From: Limisphaerales bacterium
GTDB taxonomy: Bacteria; Verrucomicrobiota; Verrucomicrobiia; Limisphaerales; UBA11358
Direction of reading: 5' to 3'
DNA length: 32,504 nt
Assembly: GCA_003133815.1 (NCBI GenBank)
Contig: PKZR01000270.1
Coordinates: 2,569-35,072, forward strand
A model generated the notes under the pieces. The model worked only from the letters and a program-made list of their open reading frames with translations. It did not search any database and was not told where the DNA came from. Shown one piece after another: positions 1 through 10,986 of this stretch (position 1 is its first letter; each line of letters opens with the position of its first letter). The translations under genes and the position numbers were made by a program.

Positions 1-497
1 TAAAGTGGACGCAGCCGCCCGCGCAATTTGTCTAGCGCGTAGCGATAGCGGCTTGCCGCCGTGTTCGGCGGAATATCCAGTGCGGCGGCAATTTCCTCAA
101 ACGTCATTTCGCCCCACAGTTTCAAATGGACGACGGCGCGCTGTTCTTCCGGCAATTCGCCGAGCGCAATTGCCAATTCTTCGCGGAAAACTTTTTCATC
201 GGGGTCATTTGCAGGCGCAAAAATTGAGATCGCTTCGGCGGCGAAATTTTCCTTCGTCCGCTCGCGCGTGCCGCGCCGCCGGATCAGATCAATCGCCGCA
301 TTGTGCGCGAGCCGGATGAGAAACGCGCGCTCCTCGCGGACGCCGTCGAGCAGTTTCGGTTCGCGCGCGAGCTTGACGAAAATTTCCTGGAGCAAATCGC
401 GCGTGTCGGCCTCGTCGCGTGTGAAATTCAGGAGAAAGGCAAAAAGCGGCTGCGCGTGCTTGTCGTAGAGCCGCTCGATTTCCGTTGCGCGGGGCAT
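1..497 (-). CDS. ECF-type RNA polymerase sigma-70 factor (3' end truncated by window edge)
   Basis: Not in the ORF track because there is no stop in the window. Manual translation from ATG 497 gives MPRATEIERLYDKHAQPLFAFLLNFTRDEADTRDLLQEIFVKL...RAFLIRLAHNAAIDLIRRR (region 2) and LGELPEEQRAVVHLKLWGEMTFEEIAAALDIPPNTAASRYRYALDKLR (region 4 HTH). Confidence 0.93.
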   Translation of the reverse strand, partial: MPRATEIERLYDKHAQPLFAFLLNFTRDEADTRDLLQEIFVKLAREPKLLDGVREERAFLIRLAHNAAIDLIRRRGTRERTKENFAAEAISIFAPANDPDEKVFREELAIALGELPEEQRAVVHLKLWGEMTFEEIAAALDIPPNTAASRYRYALDKLRGRLRPL

Positions 498-504
498 TTC
501 GTCT

Positions 505-533
505 TAATGACGCGCCCGGCGTCGGGATTTGTC
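505..533 (-). promoter_or_regulatory. Putative ECF-type (autoregulatory) promoter GACAAA-N15-CGTCATTA
   Basis: Minus strand reads GACAAA tcccgacgccgggcg CGTCATTA agacgaa ATG. A CGTC -10 core is typical of ECF promoters. Confidence 0.5.
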
Positions 534-1030
534 TAGCTTTTACGTGAGCAAAGTTTCTCCAATTCAGTTGTCCATTTTCGGCAGAACCAAAGCGGAATAA
601 AACCAAATATGCCAAATGAACAATCTATCAGTCGCCACCAAATCGGGATTCCGCGCAGACCGCCGAACACAAACGCATACGGCATCACCAGAACACAGGC
701 GATCAAACCGAAGTCAAAAAGCCAGCGGTTGCGGACTGGGTCGCGCAATGCACCGATGAAGACAATCGCGATGACAAAATGCCCGAACGCCAGCCAGTCC
801 GTGCCGTAGAAAAGAAACGAATGTTCCGCCTGCGTCTGCGCCAGCGCATCGCGAATCCGCAAAAACCAGCGCGCCATTTCGGATGATCCGCCATTTGACC
901 CGGAAAATTTCACTAGCAGATTCAATTCGCCTTGCAGCGGAATCGCCGTCACACCGCTGATAAACAAGCCTATGATGAACAGCCATGTCAGCAGTTTGAT
1001 CCGATGTCGCAAGCTTTGTTCACGCTTCAT
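533..1030 (-). CDS. Conserved hypothetical membrane protein (about 4 TM)
   Basis: 165-aa ORF with hydrophobic segments and conserved-looking motifs YGTDWLAFGH, RDPVRN and RGIPIWWRLIDCSFG. Co-oriented with its neighbours. Confidence 0.75.
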   Translation of the reverse strand: MKREQSLRHRIKLLTWLFIIGLFISGVTAIPLQGELNLLVKFSGSNGGSSEMARWFLRIRDALAQTQAEHSFLFYGTDWLAFGHFVIAIVFIGALRDPVRNRWLFDFGLIACVLVMPYAFVFGGLRGIPIWWRLIDCSFGIFGFIPLWFCRKWTTELEKLCSRKS

Positions 1031-1073
1031 GTGCGAATTATTCTAGGCTTGGTTTTTCAAATTTTGCACGGTT

Positions 1074-1847
1074 CTATTCACGCGATTTCAATTTTGTTTC
1101 GCTGTCATGCAAATTCAAACAATCACCCCAGTGCGCGAGAAAGAATTTTTTCTCCGTCGGGAAAAACGTGTCCGCCGTCCCGAGAATCGGCCTCAGCGCC
1201 GTCGTCATCTGTACCGCGACGAGCAGAAAAATGACGACCCATGTGTGGAAACCCGCGTGCGACCGGGCGTTCGATTGCGAAAATCCGGCCTCCAAAAATC
1301 GCAGTCCGAAAATTGTCGCGATAAACCAGAAAATCAGATGCAGCGCGCCCATCCACGCGAGCGATTCCGTGGATTGCGAAAAAATCCACGCGACCGGCGC
1401 GAAGCCGATGAGCAGCATCGTCGTCAACATCAGCATCCCGGCGAGCAATCCAAAAATTTCGGAGAGCCGTGCGTGCGAACCGCTCAAACATGTGAAAATG
1501 TAAAGGCTAGGAAGACAGATGAGCGCGGATATCATCAGGCCTGCGGCGATTTTTACGGGCGCGATCCATAGCTGCTGCCCGCCGGAAAATGTTCCGACAA
1601 CCACTCCATAAATTAGGCTGCACACGATTGAAATGAACAGCATCGCCGCAATCAATTTTCCCGCGCCCGGCTGCCGCAGTTGAAACATCATCCGTCGCGG
1701 ATGACGCAGAAGGGCTTCAATCACGGCGATGATGTTCGGAATCGCGACGCGCTCCAGCGGGTCGTCGCCAAGCTGGCGCACGCCACTTGAAAGAATCGAC
1801 GGAATTACCGGCGGGATTTGCGGTGGGACTGGATTTTGTTCGTTCAT
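1074..1847 (-). CDS. Hypothetical multi-pass membrane protein (Yip1-like), paralog of 1866..2588
   Basis: 257 aa, about 5 TM, motifs LICLPSLY and VQMTTALRPILG. Confidence 0.75.
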   Translation of the reverse strand: MNEQNPVPPQIPPVIPSILSSGVRQLGDDPLERVAIPNIIAVIEALLRHPRRMMFQLRQPGAGKLIAAMLFISIVCSLIYGVVVGTFSGGQQLWIAPVKIAAGLMISALICLPSLYIFTCLSGSHARLSEIFGLLAGMLMLTTMLLIGFAPVAWIFSQSTESLAWMGALHLIFWFIATIFGLRFLEAGFSQSNARSHAGFHTWVVIFLLVAVQMTTALRPILGTADTFFPTEKKFFLAHWGDCLNLHDSETKLKSRE

Positions 1848-1865
1848 AGGTCAATGAGTTTTGGT

Positions 1866-2588
1866 TTAGTTGTTGAAAATTTGTTGAAGCGATTGAAAGA
1901 CATTTTCATAAAAATTTCCTTGTAGCGCGGACGCGCGGAAAAATTCCACCGGAAGGTCAGGCGAACCGATGAATGGCCGCAGAATCCACGAAAGCTGGCT
2001 GCCCAGAAATAAATTTCCCGCCAGCCACGCAAACAGGACGCGAAGCGCAACCGCCCTGCTTCCGCCGAGCCGCGCGAGCAGTTGAAACAGCCGGACATTT
2101 CCAGTCATACCTGCGAACGCAATGACAACGACGTTGATGAGTTTGATAAGATTGTAAGTTGAGCCGGAAATGGTTTGCGGCGAAATCGGCGGCGCGTTCC
2201 AAATCATAAAAGCGAGCAGCGGGCTGAACGCGCCCAGAATCGCCGCCGCAATGGTGAAGCTCATCACGATCGCGGAGAACGACTGGCGGAACGGGATGTT
2301 TAGGCCGAGCAGCGGTGCGAACATGGCATTAATGAGCGAGTTGCCGATGGTCGTCAATAAAATGATGAGCGGAAATTTGATCGCGACATAAAGCGCCTGC
2401 TGCGGATCGCGCCACCAACCCATCGCCGCGCCGTAAAGTCCCGCGCCAAAAATGATGACGGTGACGTGCAGCAGAAATCTGCGCGCGTTCCAGGATTCGC
2501 TCCACATGGAAATCGTTCCCGTTTCACCGCGCAGGAGCGTGGCTATTTCAGCCGGATGGGTCTTTAATTTTGCGGATGGTGCGGGCAT
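1866..2588 (-). CDS. Hypothetical multi-pass membrane protein (Yip1-like), paralog of 1074..1847
   Basis: 240 aa, about 5 TM, motifs AIKFPL and GSQLSWILRPFIGSP..GNFYE. Start overlaps the upstream stop (TAATG). Confidence 0.78.
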   Translation of the reverse strand: MPAPSAKLKTHPAEIATLLRGETGTISMWSESWNARRFLLHVTVIIFGAGLYGAAMGWWRDPQQALYVAIKFPLIILLTTIGNSLINAMFAPLLGLNIPFRQSFSAIVMSFTIAAAILGAFSPLLAFMIWNAPPISPQTISGSTYNLIKLINVVVIAFAGMTGNVRLFQLLARLGGSRAVALRVLFAWLAGNLFLGSQLSWILRPFIGSPDLPVEFFRASALQGNFYENVFQSLQQIFNN

Positions 2589-3304
2589 TAAAATTCTGCA
2601 GATTGTTTGGTGATTTCAGATTTTACGCGAGATCGCAGCAAAAATTCCCGTCCGATTTGCAGCACCGGCGCGGACATCAACGCCAATGCCGCGCAAAACA
2701 GCGGCCAGTTAAATCGGGCGGGCAGCATGGACCGAATCGCATCCAAATTGTGATGCGCGGCGGCAATGGAATCCGCCATGAAAACATAAAGCGCAAGCGC
2801 GACGCCGGTGAAATTTAATATCCACGCCCGCCAGCTTGACAGCATCGGGGTGTGTTTCCGTTCAAACTGGCAGGCGAACGTGCCCCATAAAATCAACAGC
2901 AGCGAAATCAAACCCGGTGCGAGCACCGGCCCCCACCACGGCAACGGCAGCAAAAATAGAACGTCCCAATCCAGCAACGAGTGCGGCCAGCCGCAAATGA
3001 TTTTCAGAAAGACATAATAAAAAACATCCCACACGCCAAACGCAATGACGGCGTAGCCGATTCGCGCCCGCCACGTCCGTCCCGCGAGAAAACCTACGGC
3101 AAACAGCATGACCAGCGTGGCCAGCTCGCGCGGCAGTTCCACCGAGGCAAATCCGCCGATGATGGGCAGCGGATCGGGTTGATATGGTTCGATGCGGTCA
3201 ATCATCGAGCGCAGATAAAACACCACCGCCGATTCCACCCATGCCATGGCGGCGGCGTAGATCACGACCATCCACCAGCGATGCCATTTAGATTTGAGTT
3301 TCAT
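2588..3304 (-). CDS. Conserved hypothetical membrane protein
   Basis: 238 aa, about 6 TM, motifs AMAWVESAVVFYLR, RELATLVML, WDVFYYVFL and WDVLFLLPLPWWGPV. ATGA coupling to the upstream gene. Confidence 0.8.
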   Translation of the reverse strand: MKLKSKWHRWWMVVIYAAAMAWVESAVVFYLRSMIDRIEPYQPDPLPIIGGFASVELPRELATLVMLFAVGFLAGRTWRARIGYAVIAFGVWDVFYYVFLKIICGWPHSLLDWDVLFLLPLPWWGPVLAPGLISLLLILWGTFACQFERKHTPMLSSWRAWILNFTGVALALYVFMADSIAAAHHNLDAIRSMLPARFNWPLFCAALALMSAPVLQIGREFLLRSRVKSEITKQSAEF

Positions 3305-4218
3305 GTTTTTTGTTTGGTGGAGCTTTCAGTTTTACCTGCCGTTACGTTGATGAGCTTTGCCATGAGTTCCACGGGCTTGATGGCGAGGTAAGTGAAATCC
3401 GCCAGCCACGCCGACTTGATCTGGGTGGCGATCACCGGGCCAAGGCGGTTGTAGCCGCAGCGGAATATCCGGTGGCTGCGCGGCGCGCGATTTCGCCACA
3501 GATTTTCTAACTGCCAGAACGTGAGGAGCTGTTGATTTGCCATCCGCCTGCGACCTTTGTGTTCAATTTCAAAATGCGGGCCGACAATTTTCGCATGGCC
3601 GCGACCTGCCGCCGTGACTATGAAACAATCGGATGGGGGCTTGTCCGGCAGCGACGCATACAGGCTGCGCGACCACAGCCAGCTCACCAGCCAGAACGGC
3701 AGGGAACCAACCAGCGAAATGAAATTTGGCCAGAAGCTGAAACGGGAGGCCTTGATCAGTTGCGCGGCGCGAATCGAATACCATGCCGCAACATAAAATG
3801 GCACCAGCAGCCATAATTTGGGGACGTCTGCCTCGGATCCGAGGCACACCATGCCAAACAAGAAACAAATTGTGGCAACGATTGCTCCCAGAAAAAATCC
3901 GACGACAATCCAACGCGAGGTGCGATTTTCGACACGAAGGATTTCCAGCGCATACAAGGCTGCTGTCGCCAGCAGCACCAGCGGTGTCAGCGCCAGCTTC
4001 CCTGCGATAAAGCAGTCCAGCCAGCCGTAAGCGCACGCGCCCTTCCATTCCGGCTCCATGAAAGAACTCAATAAAAAAACGACCAATGGCACCACGACTC
4101 CTACAAACGACAGGATCAACGCGATGAACAAGCGGCGCCACGATTTTTCTTTCAACACCGGCGGCAAGGCCAGCGCTGATAAAATTCCGATGAGGAGAAT
4201 CCAAGGTGCAAGAATCAT
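3301..4218 (-). CDS. DUF6688-like membrane protein
   Basis: N-terminal TM region, then a soluble domain CFIVTAAGRGH...RRMANQQL..F..LE..PRSHRIFR..YNRLG..ADFTYLAIKP that matches my recollection of the DUF6688 C-terminus. ATGA coupling to ispH. Confidence 0.65.
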   Translation of the reverse strand: MILAPWILLIGILSALALPPVLKEKSWRRLFIALILSFVGVVVPLVVFLLSSFMEPEWKGACAYGWLDCFIAGKLALTPLVLLATAALYALEILRVENRTSRWIVVGFFLGAIVATICFLFGMVCLGSEADVPKLWLLVPFYVAAWYSIRAAQLIKASRFSFWPNFISLVGSLPFWLVSWLWSRSLYASLPDKPPSDCFIVTAAGRGHAKIVGPHFEIEHKGRRRMANQQLLTFWQLENLWRNRAPRSHRIFRCGYNRLGPVIATQIKSAWLADFTYLAIKPVELMAKLINVTAGKTESSTKQKT

Positions 4219-5084
4219 GCGAGAATTTGTTCAGGTCGCATCAAAGGCTTGTTTTGCAGGTTATTCAACCATTCGTTGACTTTTTGAATGACTTCGTCCG
4301 GCGTCGAAGTTCCCGCCGTTATGCCGACAACGTCATCGTCGCAAAACCATTCCACGCGTAGATCGTCCGCCATCTGGACGTGATGAACGCGCTGACAAAA
4401 TTGCGAACAGGTTTGCACCAATTCATGCGTGTTGTTGCTGTGCGCGCCACCAATGACAACCACCACATCGCACTTTTGCGCCAGTTCGACCGCTGCGCTT
4501 TGACGCTGCTTAGTCGGCTGGCAGACGGTGTCAATGAAGCACACCTCCGATTTCGGATAGCCCTCGCGGATCAATTGCACCAGCCGTCTGACTTTTTCAA
4601 TGGGTTGCGTGGTTTGTGAAATAATTCCAAAGCGCGAACGCTCCTGAAGTTTTGAAATATCTTCCTCGACCAGCACCACATCGAACTCAGCCAAATCTTC
4701 CGTCATGCCACGAACTTCAACATGATCGCGCTTGCCGATCACAACCGGGTGAAAACCTTCCTCCACAAGCTTCTTCAAACTGCGATGCGCAACGTGAACA
4801 AGTGGACACGTAGCCTCCAGCACGTTCAATCCGCGCCGACGCGTTTCTTTCAAAACGCGTTCGGACGCGCCGTGCGCCGTGACCATCACCGTTTGCGTTC
4901 CGACATTGGCAGATTGCCGCTCAAAGCGAATTCCCTTCGCACGCAATTCCGCCAGCACGGCTTCGTTGTGGACCAAATCGCCCAGAACCGTAAGCGGCTC
5001 GCGTTCCACCGACTCCAAAGCCAGGGCAATGGCATCCTTTACCCCAAAACACATTCCCAGATGTTCGGCGCGTATGATTTTCAT
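4215..5084 (-). CDS. ispH: 4-hydroxy-3-methylbut-2-enyl diphosphate reductase
   Basis: Three Fe-S cysteine motifs (GMCFGV, ATCPLV, DTVCQPT) plus LVHN, TAHG, HVEV, SQTT, HSNN and GITAGTSTP. Confidence 0.95.
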   Translation of the reverse strand: MKIIRAEHLGMCFGVKDAIALALESVEREPLTVLGDLVHNEAVLAELRAKGIRFERQSANVGTQTVMVTAHGASERVLKETRRRGLNVLEATCPLVHVAHRSLKKLVEEGFHPVVIGKRDHVEVRGMTEDLAEFDVVLVEEDISKLQERSRFGIISQTTQPIEKVRRLVQLIREGYPKSEVCFIDTVCQPTKQRQSAAVELAQKCDVVVVIGGAHSNNTHELVQTCSQFCQRVHHVQMADDLRVEWFCDDDVVGITAGTSTPDEVIQKVNEWLNNLQNKPLMRPEQILA

Positions 5085-5088
5085 ATTA

Positions 5089-5105
5089 ACTTTGTATCAC
5101 AAAGT
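5089..5105. promoter_or_regulatory. Palindromic operator ACTTTG-N5-CAAAGT upstream of ispH
   Basis: actttg tatca caaagt, 4 nt upstream of the ispH ATG. A second copy lies at 6082..6098. Confidence 0.7.
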
Positions 5106-5140
5106 AAAAGACCGCAGGCTTCCATTTCCGTTCAAAATAA

Positions 5141-5449
5141 TTATTTGGGTCTGTTCTGCCGGACTATTTTTTCCAGCAGGTTGATGTATTCAGCAAAGGC
5201 TTTGCGGCCCGGAGCCGTGAGCGAGCAGGTTGTGAGCGGGCGGTTGTTTTGGAATGATTTTGCGACGGCGATGTAACCCTCCTGCTGCAATGCTTTTATA
5301 TGCGTTGTGAGATTGCCGTCGGTCATTTCAAGCGCGTCGCGCAGCTCGGTAAACGACAGTTCCGGCGTGGCCGCGAGCATGGACATGATCGCCAGCCGGC
5401 CCTTTTCGTGGATCACACGGTCGATCTGTAAAAATGGTTCCGGGTTCAC
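5141..5449 (-). CDS. Winged-helix transcriptional regulator (HTH_34, ArsR/MarR-like)
   Basis: IDRVIHEKGRLAIMSMLA...SFTELRDALEMTDGNLTTHIKALQQEGYI...LTAPGRKAF. Start reassigned to GTG 5449, which overlaps the upstream stop (GTGA). Confidence 0.9.
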   Translation of the reverse strand: MNPEPFLQIDRVIHEKGRLAIMSMLAATPELSFTELRDALEMTDGNLTTHIKALQQEGYIAVAKSFQNNRPLTTCSLTAPGRKAFAEYINLLEKIVRQNRPK

Positions 5450-6075
5450 GCGACGGGATTTTTCTTCTCGGTCAGATACAAATACGCGCCGTAAGCAAGA
5501 TGCAGCACACCGAAGAAAAAGCCCATGAGCCACTGTGAGTTTATCTCAATCTTCGGTTGGACAACCGCCAAGAAAAAAAGGAAAGCGCAAGCAAAGCCAA
5601 TAAAAATCCACCCAATCCATTTCATGCCGCGTGGCATGAAAAATCCAGCTGCGTGCAATGCGCATCCATAAAAGAGCAGCCAGACCAATGTCAACAGCAG
5701 GTTGAATCCGCCACCAGCGTCGCCGCTCATGAGATACACGACCACCAAGCTAACGCACATTCCCGAAGTCAATGGCGGCAATAAGGCCTGCGCCACGCGC
5801 CGGGTCGGAGGCGACCAGAAGCTTTCGTTGTCTTTCAACGCCTGTCGTCGGGCAATGAAAAATGCGCCTGCGATTACAAAAATGGACGCGCTGAGCCAAA
5901 GGACACCAAACTCCCGTGTCGAATCTAGATGAAAGATCAAACCCAGCGTGGCGGCAATGACGCCCAAAACTCCTGCAAATAGCATTATCGGTGCGAGCGC
6001 ACGGCGATAAAGCGCGGAGCGTTCCATTAAGGTGCGGATGGTTTGCAGGTTTTCTTCGGCCCAGTTCGGATGCAT
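5446..6075 (-). CDS. Membrane protein coupled to the HTH regulator (putative sensor or anti-repressor)
   Basis: Start reassigned to ATG 6075 (MHPNWAEENLQTIRTLMERS...). About 6 TM, motifs WLLFYGCAL and FFGVLHLAYG. Confidence 0.8.
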   Translation of the reverse strand: MHPNWAEENLQTIRTLMERSALYRRALAPIMLFAGVLGVIAATLGLIFHLDSTREFGVLWLSASIFVIAGAFFIARRQALKDNESFWSPPTRRVAQALLPPLTSGMCVSLVVVYLMSGDAGGGFNLLLTLVWLLFYGCALHAAGFFMPRGMKWIGWIFIGFACAFLFFLAVVQPKIEINSQWLMGFFFGVLHLAYGAYLYLTEKKNPVA

Positions 6076-6081
6076 GAGTTC

Positions 6082-6110
6082 ACTTTGCGTTGCAAAGCAG
6101 GCATTGACAA
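6082..6110 (-). promoter_or_regulatory. Sigma70-like promoter TTGTCA-N17-CAAAGT overlapped by operator ACTTTG-N5-CAAAGC (6082..6098)
   Basis: Minus strand reads TTGTCA atgcctgctttgcaacg CAAAGT gaactc ATG(6075). Confidence 0.62.
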
Positions 6111-6205
6111 GCACAAAATCTGCTTGAAGAAACTGAAAAATCTGCATGGAATAAAGCAAATTATATTCTTCATGCCATGGTGTCTTTATGGTTATTTATT
6201 TGCAG

Positions 6206-6586
6206 ATGCCGCCGCCGAAAAAAGTTTCCGCCCGCCAAAAAGTTCTCGCACAATGGCGTGGCGTGGACCTTGCGCCGATTGAGACAGCCAAGGCAATCCG
6301 TGCACGCGACGCAGGCAAAGTCGTCGCAAAAGTCCTGTCAGACTTGAAAATGGATTCACGCCGCGCCGATATTGAAATTGTGAAAGTCTGGAATGAGTTG
6401 CTAGACCCGAACATCACCGCACACGCGCAGCCGCACAATCTGCACAAGGGAACTTTGTTTGTGAACGTGGACAGCAGCTCGTGGCTATCGGAAATCGTCC
6501 GTTACCGCCGCAAGGAAATCCTGGATCGCCTCCAGCACAGCTTCGGGAAAAACCTCATCCAGAAAATCTCCTTCCGCGTCGGCTGA
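6206..6586 (+). CDS. DUF721 / DciA family protein
   Basis: IVKVWNELLDPNITAHAQPHNLHKGTLFVNVDSSSWLSEI...IQKISFRVG fits the DciA KH-like domain. Start is 6206 or 6188. Confidence 0.8.
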   Translation: MPPPKKVSARQKVLAQWRGVDLAPIETAKAIRARDAGKVVAKVLSDLKMDSRRADIEIVKVWNELLDPNITAHAQPHNLHKGTLFVNVDSSSWLSEIVRYRRKEILDRLQHSFGKNLIQKISFRVG

Positions 6587-6650
6587 AGTTGGAGCTCAAG
6601 CTTCACTTGTTTGGTTTCGAGGACACACTAAGGCGCAAACTCTCACTTCA
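6584..6650. repeat. Degenerate REP-like inverted repeat between convergent genes
   Basis: TGAAGTTGGAGCTCAAGCTTCACTTGT ... ACACACTAAGGCGCAAACTCTCACTTCA. The arms are imperfect and fill the whole intergenic gap. Confidence 0.4.
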
Positions 6651-7151
6651 CGCCATCAATTCCATCTGCCTCGGCGTAAGCAGCCACGCGAGCGTCGCGC
6701 AATGGCCGTATTCCAACTCCTCCGTTTCCAATTTACACAGGCTGCCTTTCTTCAGGTCAATTGTCGCTCCCGTGCCACCAGATGCCAGCAACGCTATGAA
6801 CCGGCTTAAAAATGGTTCGTGGCCAACAATTAAAATATTTTCCGGCGCGGGTTTCAAGCCGTTCAATTGCCGGATCAAAGCCTGCGGGTTTCCACCGGGA
6901 ATTAAATCGTCCGAGAACATGAGCTTCTTTTGGAGCTTGAAATGTTTGGCGACAATCTCAGCCGTTTGCCTCGCACGCAAATAAGGGCTGGAAATGATCG
7001 CATCAAAGGACAAACCCATTTTCTCCATCGCGTCTGCAGCTTCGCGAAGGCGCTGCTCGCCTTTCGGAATCAGCGGGCGCTCGGCGTCGGTATTGATTCC
7101 CGGCGAGCCGGGTTCCATCGCGATTCCATGGCGCAAAATGTATACGTTCAT
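6648..7151 (-). CDS. sixA: Phosphohistidine phosphatase SixA
   Basis: Motifs YILRHG, ERPL, SSPYLRARQTA and LIVGHEP. Start reassigned to ATG 7151. Confidence 0.9.
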   Translation of the reverse strand: MNVYILRHGIAMEPGSPGINTDAERPLIPKGEQRLREAADAMEKMGLSFDAIISSPYLRARQTAEIVAKHFKLQKKLMFSDDLIPGGNPQALIRQLNGLKPAPENILIVGHEPFLSRFIALLASGGTGATIDLKKGSLCKLETEELEYGHCATLAWLLTPRQMELMA

Positions 7152-7252
7152 GAATGAAAATCTAATCCGTCGCGCGCTGAATGCAATGCCGCGCAAAATG
7201 TAACAATTTTCATTTTGGTTTTGGCGGCGGCGTTTCCTATTTTGTCAGCCCG

Positions 7253-8185
7253 ATGCAAACCATCCGCCGCGCCGTCATTGATGTCGGCACCAACTCGATC
7301 AAATTGCTAGTGGCCGATGTCGCCGGGCGCGACGTGAAGCCGGTGCTTGAAGAAAGCAAGCAAACCCGGCTCGGCAAGGATTTTTATGAAACGCACCGGT
7401 TGCAGCCCGAAAGCGTTGCGCATACGGCGGCCGCAGTCTGGGAATTTGCGGAAATCGCGCGCGAAAAAAATTCCTCGTCCATCCGCGTCATAGCCACGAG
7501 CGCGGCACGGGATGCAAAAAACCCGACGGACCTGACCTCGGCAATCGAACGTGCGTCCGGACTGAAAACCGAAATCATTTCCGGCGTGCGCGAAGCCGAA
7601 TGGGTGTTTCAAGGCGTCACGACAGATTTGGAACTGGCGAAAACCCCGCTGCTTTTGCTCGACGTTGGCGGCGGCAGCACGGAATTTATCCTGGGCCACG
7701 GCGCGAAAAAAAATTTCGCCCACAGCTTTCCGCTTGGCACAGTGCGGCTGCTGGAAAAATTTCCTCACGGCGATCCGCCTTCGAAATCAGAATTTGCCTC
7801 GTGCCGCGATTGGTTGAGAAAATTCCTGCACGGTGAAGTCCGTCCGCAGCTCGAACCGGCGCTGAAAAATGAGACTGGTGAAATCCGGCTAGTCGGCACC
7901 GGCGGCACGACAAGCATCCTCGCGCGCATGTTGAAAAAACTGGACCGCTTTGACCGCGAAAAAATCGAACGGACGATATTGAGCTTCGAACAAATCGTCG
8001 CCAACAGGAATAATCTCTGGAAACTGCCGTTGGTCGAGCGCAAGGAAATTCCCGGTCTGCCGAAACTGCGCGCGGACGTGATTTTGACCGGCGCGCTGAT
8101 TTACGAAACCGTCATGGAAGAATTCGGCTTCAACGAACTCCGTGTCAGCACGCGAGGACTGCGCTTCGCGGCGGTGATGGACTGA
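7253..8185 (+). CDS. ppx: Ppx/GppA family exopolyphosphatase (no HD domain)
   Basis: Motifs AVIDVGTNSIKL, TRLG, ATSAARDA, ISGVREA, LDVGGGSTE and GTGGT. Start reassigned to ATG 7253. Confidence 0.9.
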   Translation: MQTIRRAVIDVGTNSIKLLVADVAGRDVKPVLEESKQTRLGKDFYETHRLQPESVAHTAAAVWEFAEIAREKNSSSIRVIATSAARDAKNPTDLTSAIERASGLKTEIISGVREAEWVFQGVTTDLELAKTPLLLLDVGGGSTEFILGHGAKKNFAHSFPLGTVRLLEKFPHGDPPSKSEFASCRDWLRKFLHGEVRPQLEPALKNETGEIRLVGTGGTTSILARMLKKLDRFDREKIERTILSFEQIVANRNNLWKLPLVERKEIPGLPKLRADVILTGALIYETVMEEFGFNELRVSTRGLRFAAVMD

Positions 8186-8254
8186 AGATTTAAGACGACT
8201 GGCGGCTGTAAATTTGAAGCAGCGCGGCAATTGTAAATAGCATATCGTGAATAT

Positions 8255-10886
<2,632 letters not shown>

Positions 10887-10888
10887 GG

Positions 10889-10923
10889 ATGTGAGGTTCA
10901 ACCATTTTTCACATTGTTGTCAA
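10889..10923 (-). promoter_or_regulatory. Candidate amtB promoter: perfect TTGACA plus inverted repeat ATGTGA-N14-TCACAT
   Basis: TTGACA on the minus strand at 10923..10918. Inverted-repeat arms at 10889-10894 and 10909-10914, just upstream of ATG 10886. Confidence 0.4.
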
Positions 10924-10986
10924 TGCATGTATTGCTCAAAACTTGTTCGATTTTGTCCGCATTCGCGATTAGCCTGCCCGTCGCAA

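Noticed and set aside
5-615. ORF-track calls over the first 600 nt
   Set aside because: They are shadows of the ECF sigma gene on the minus strand.
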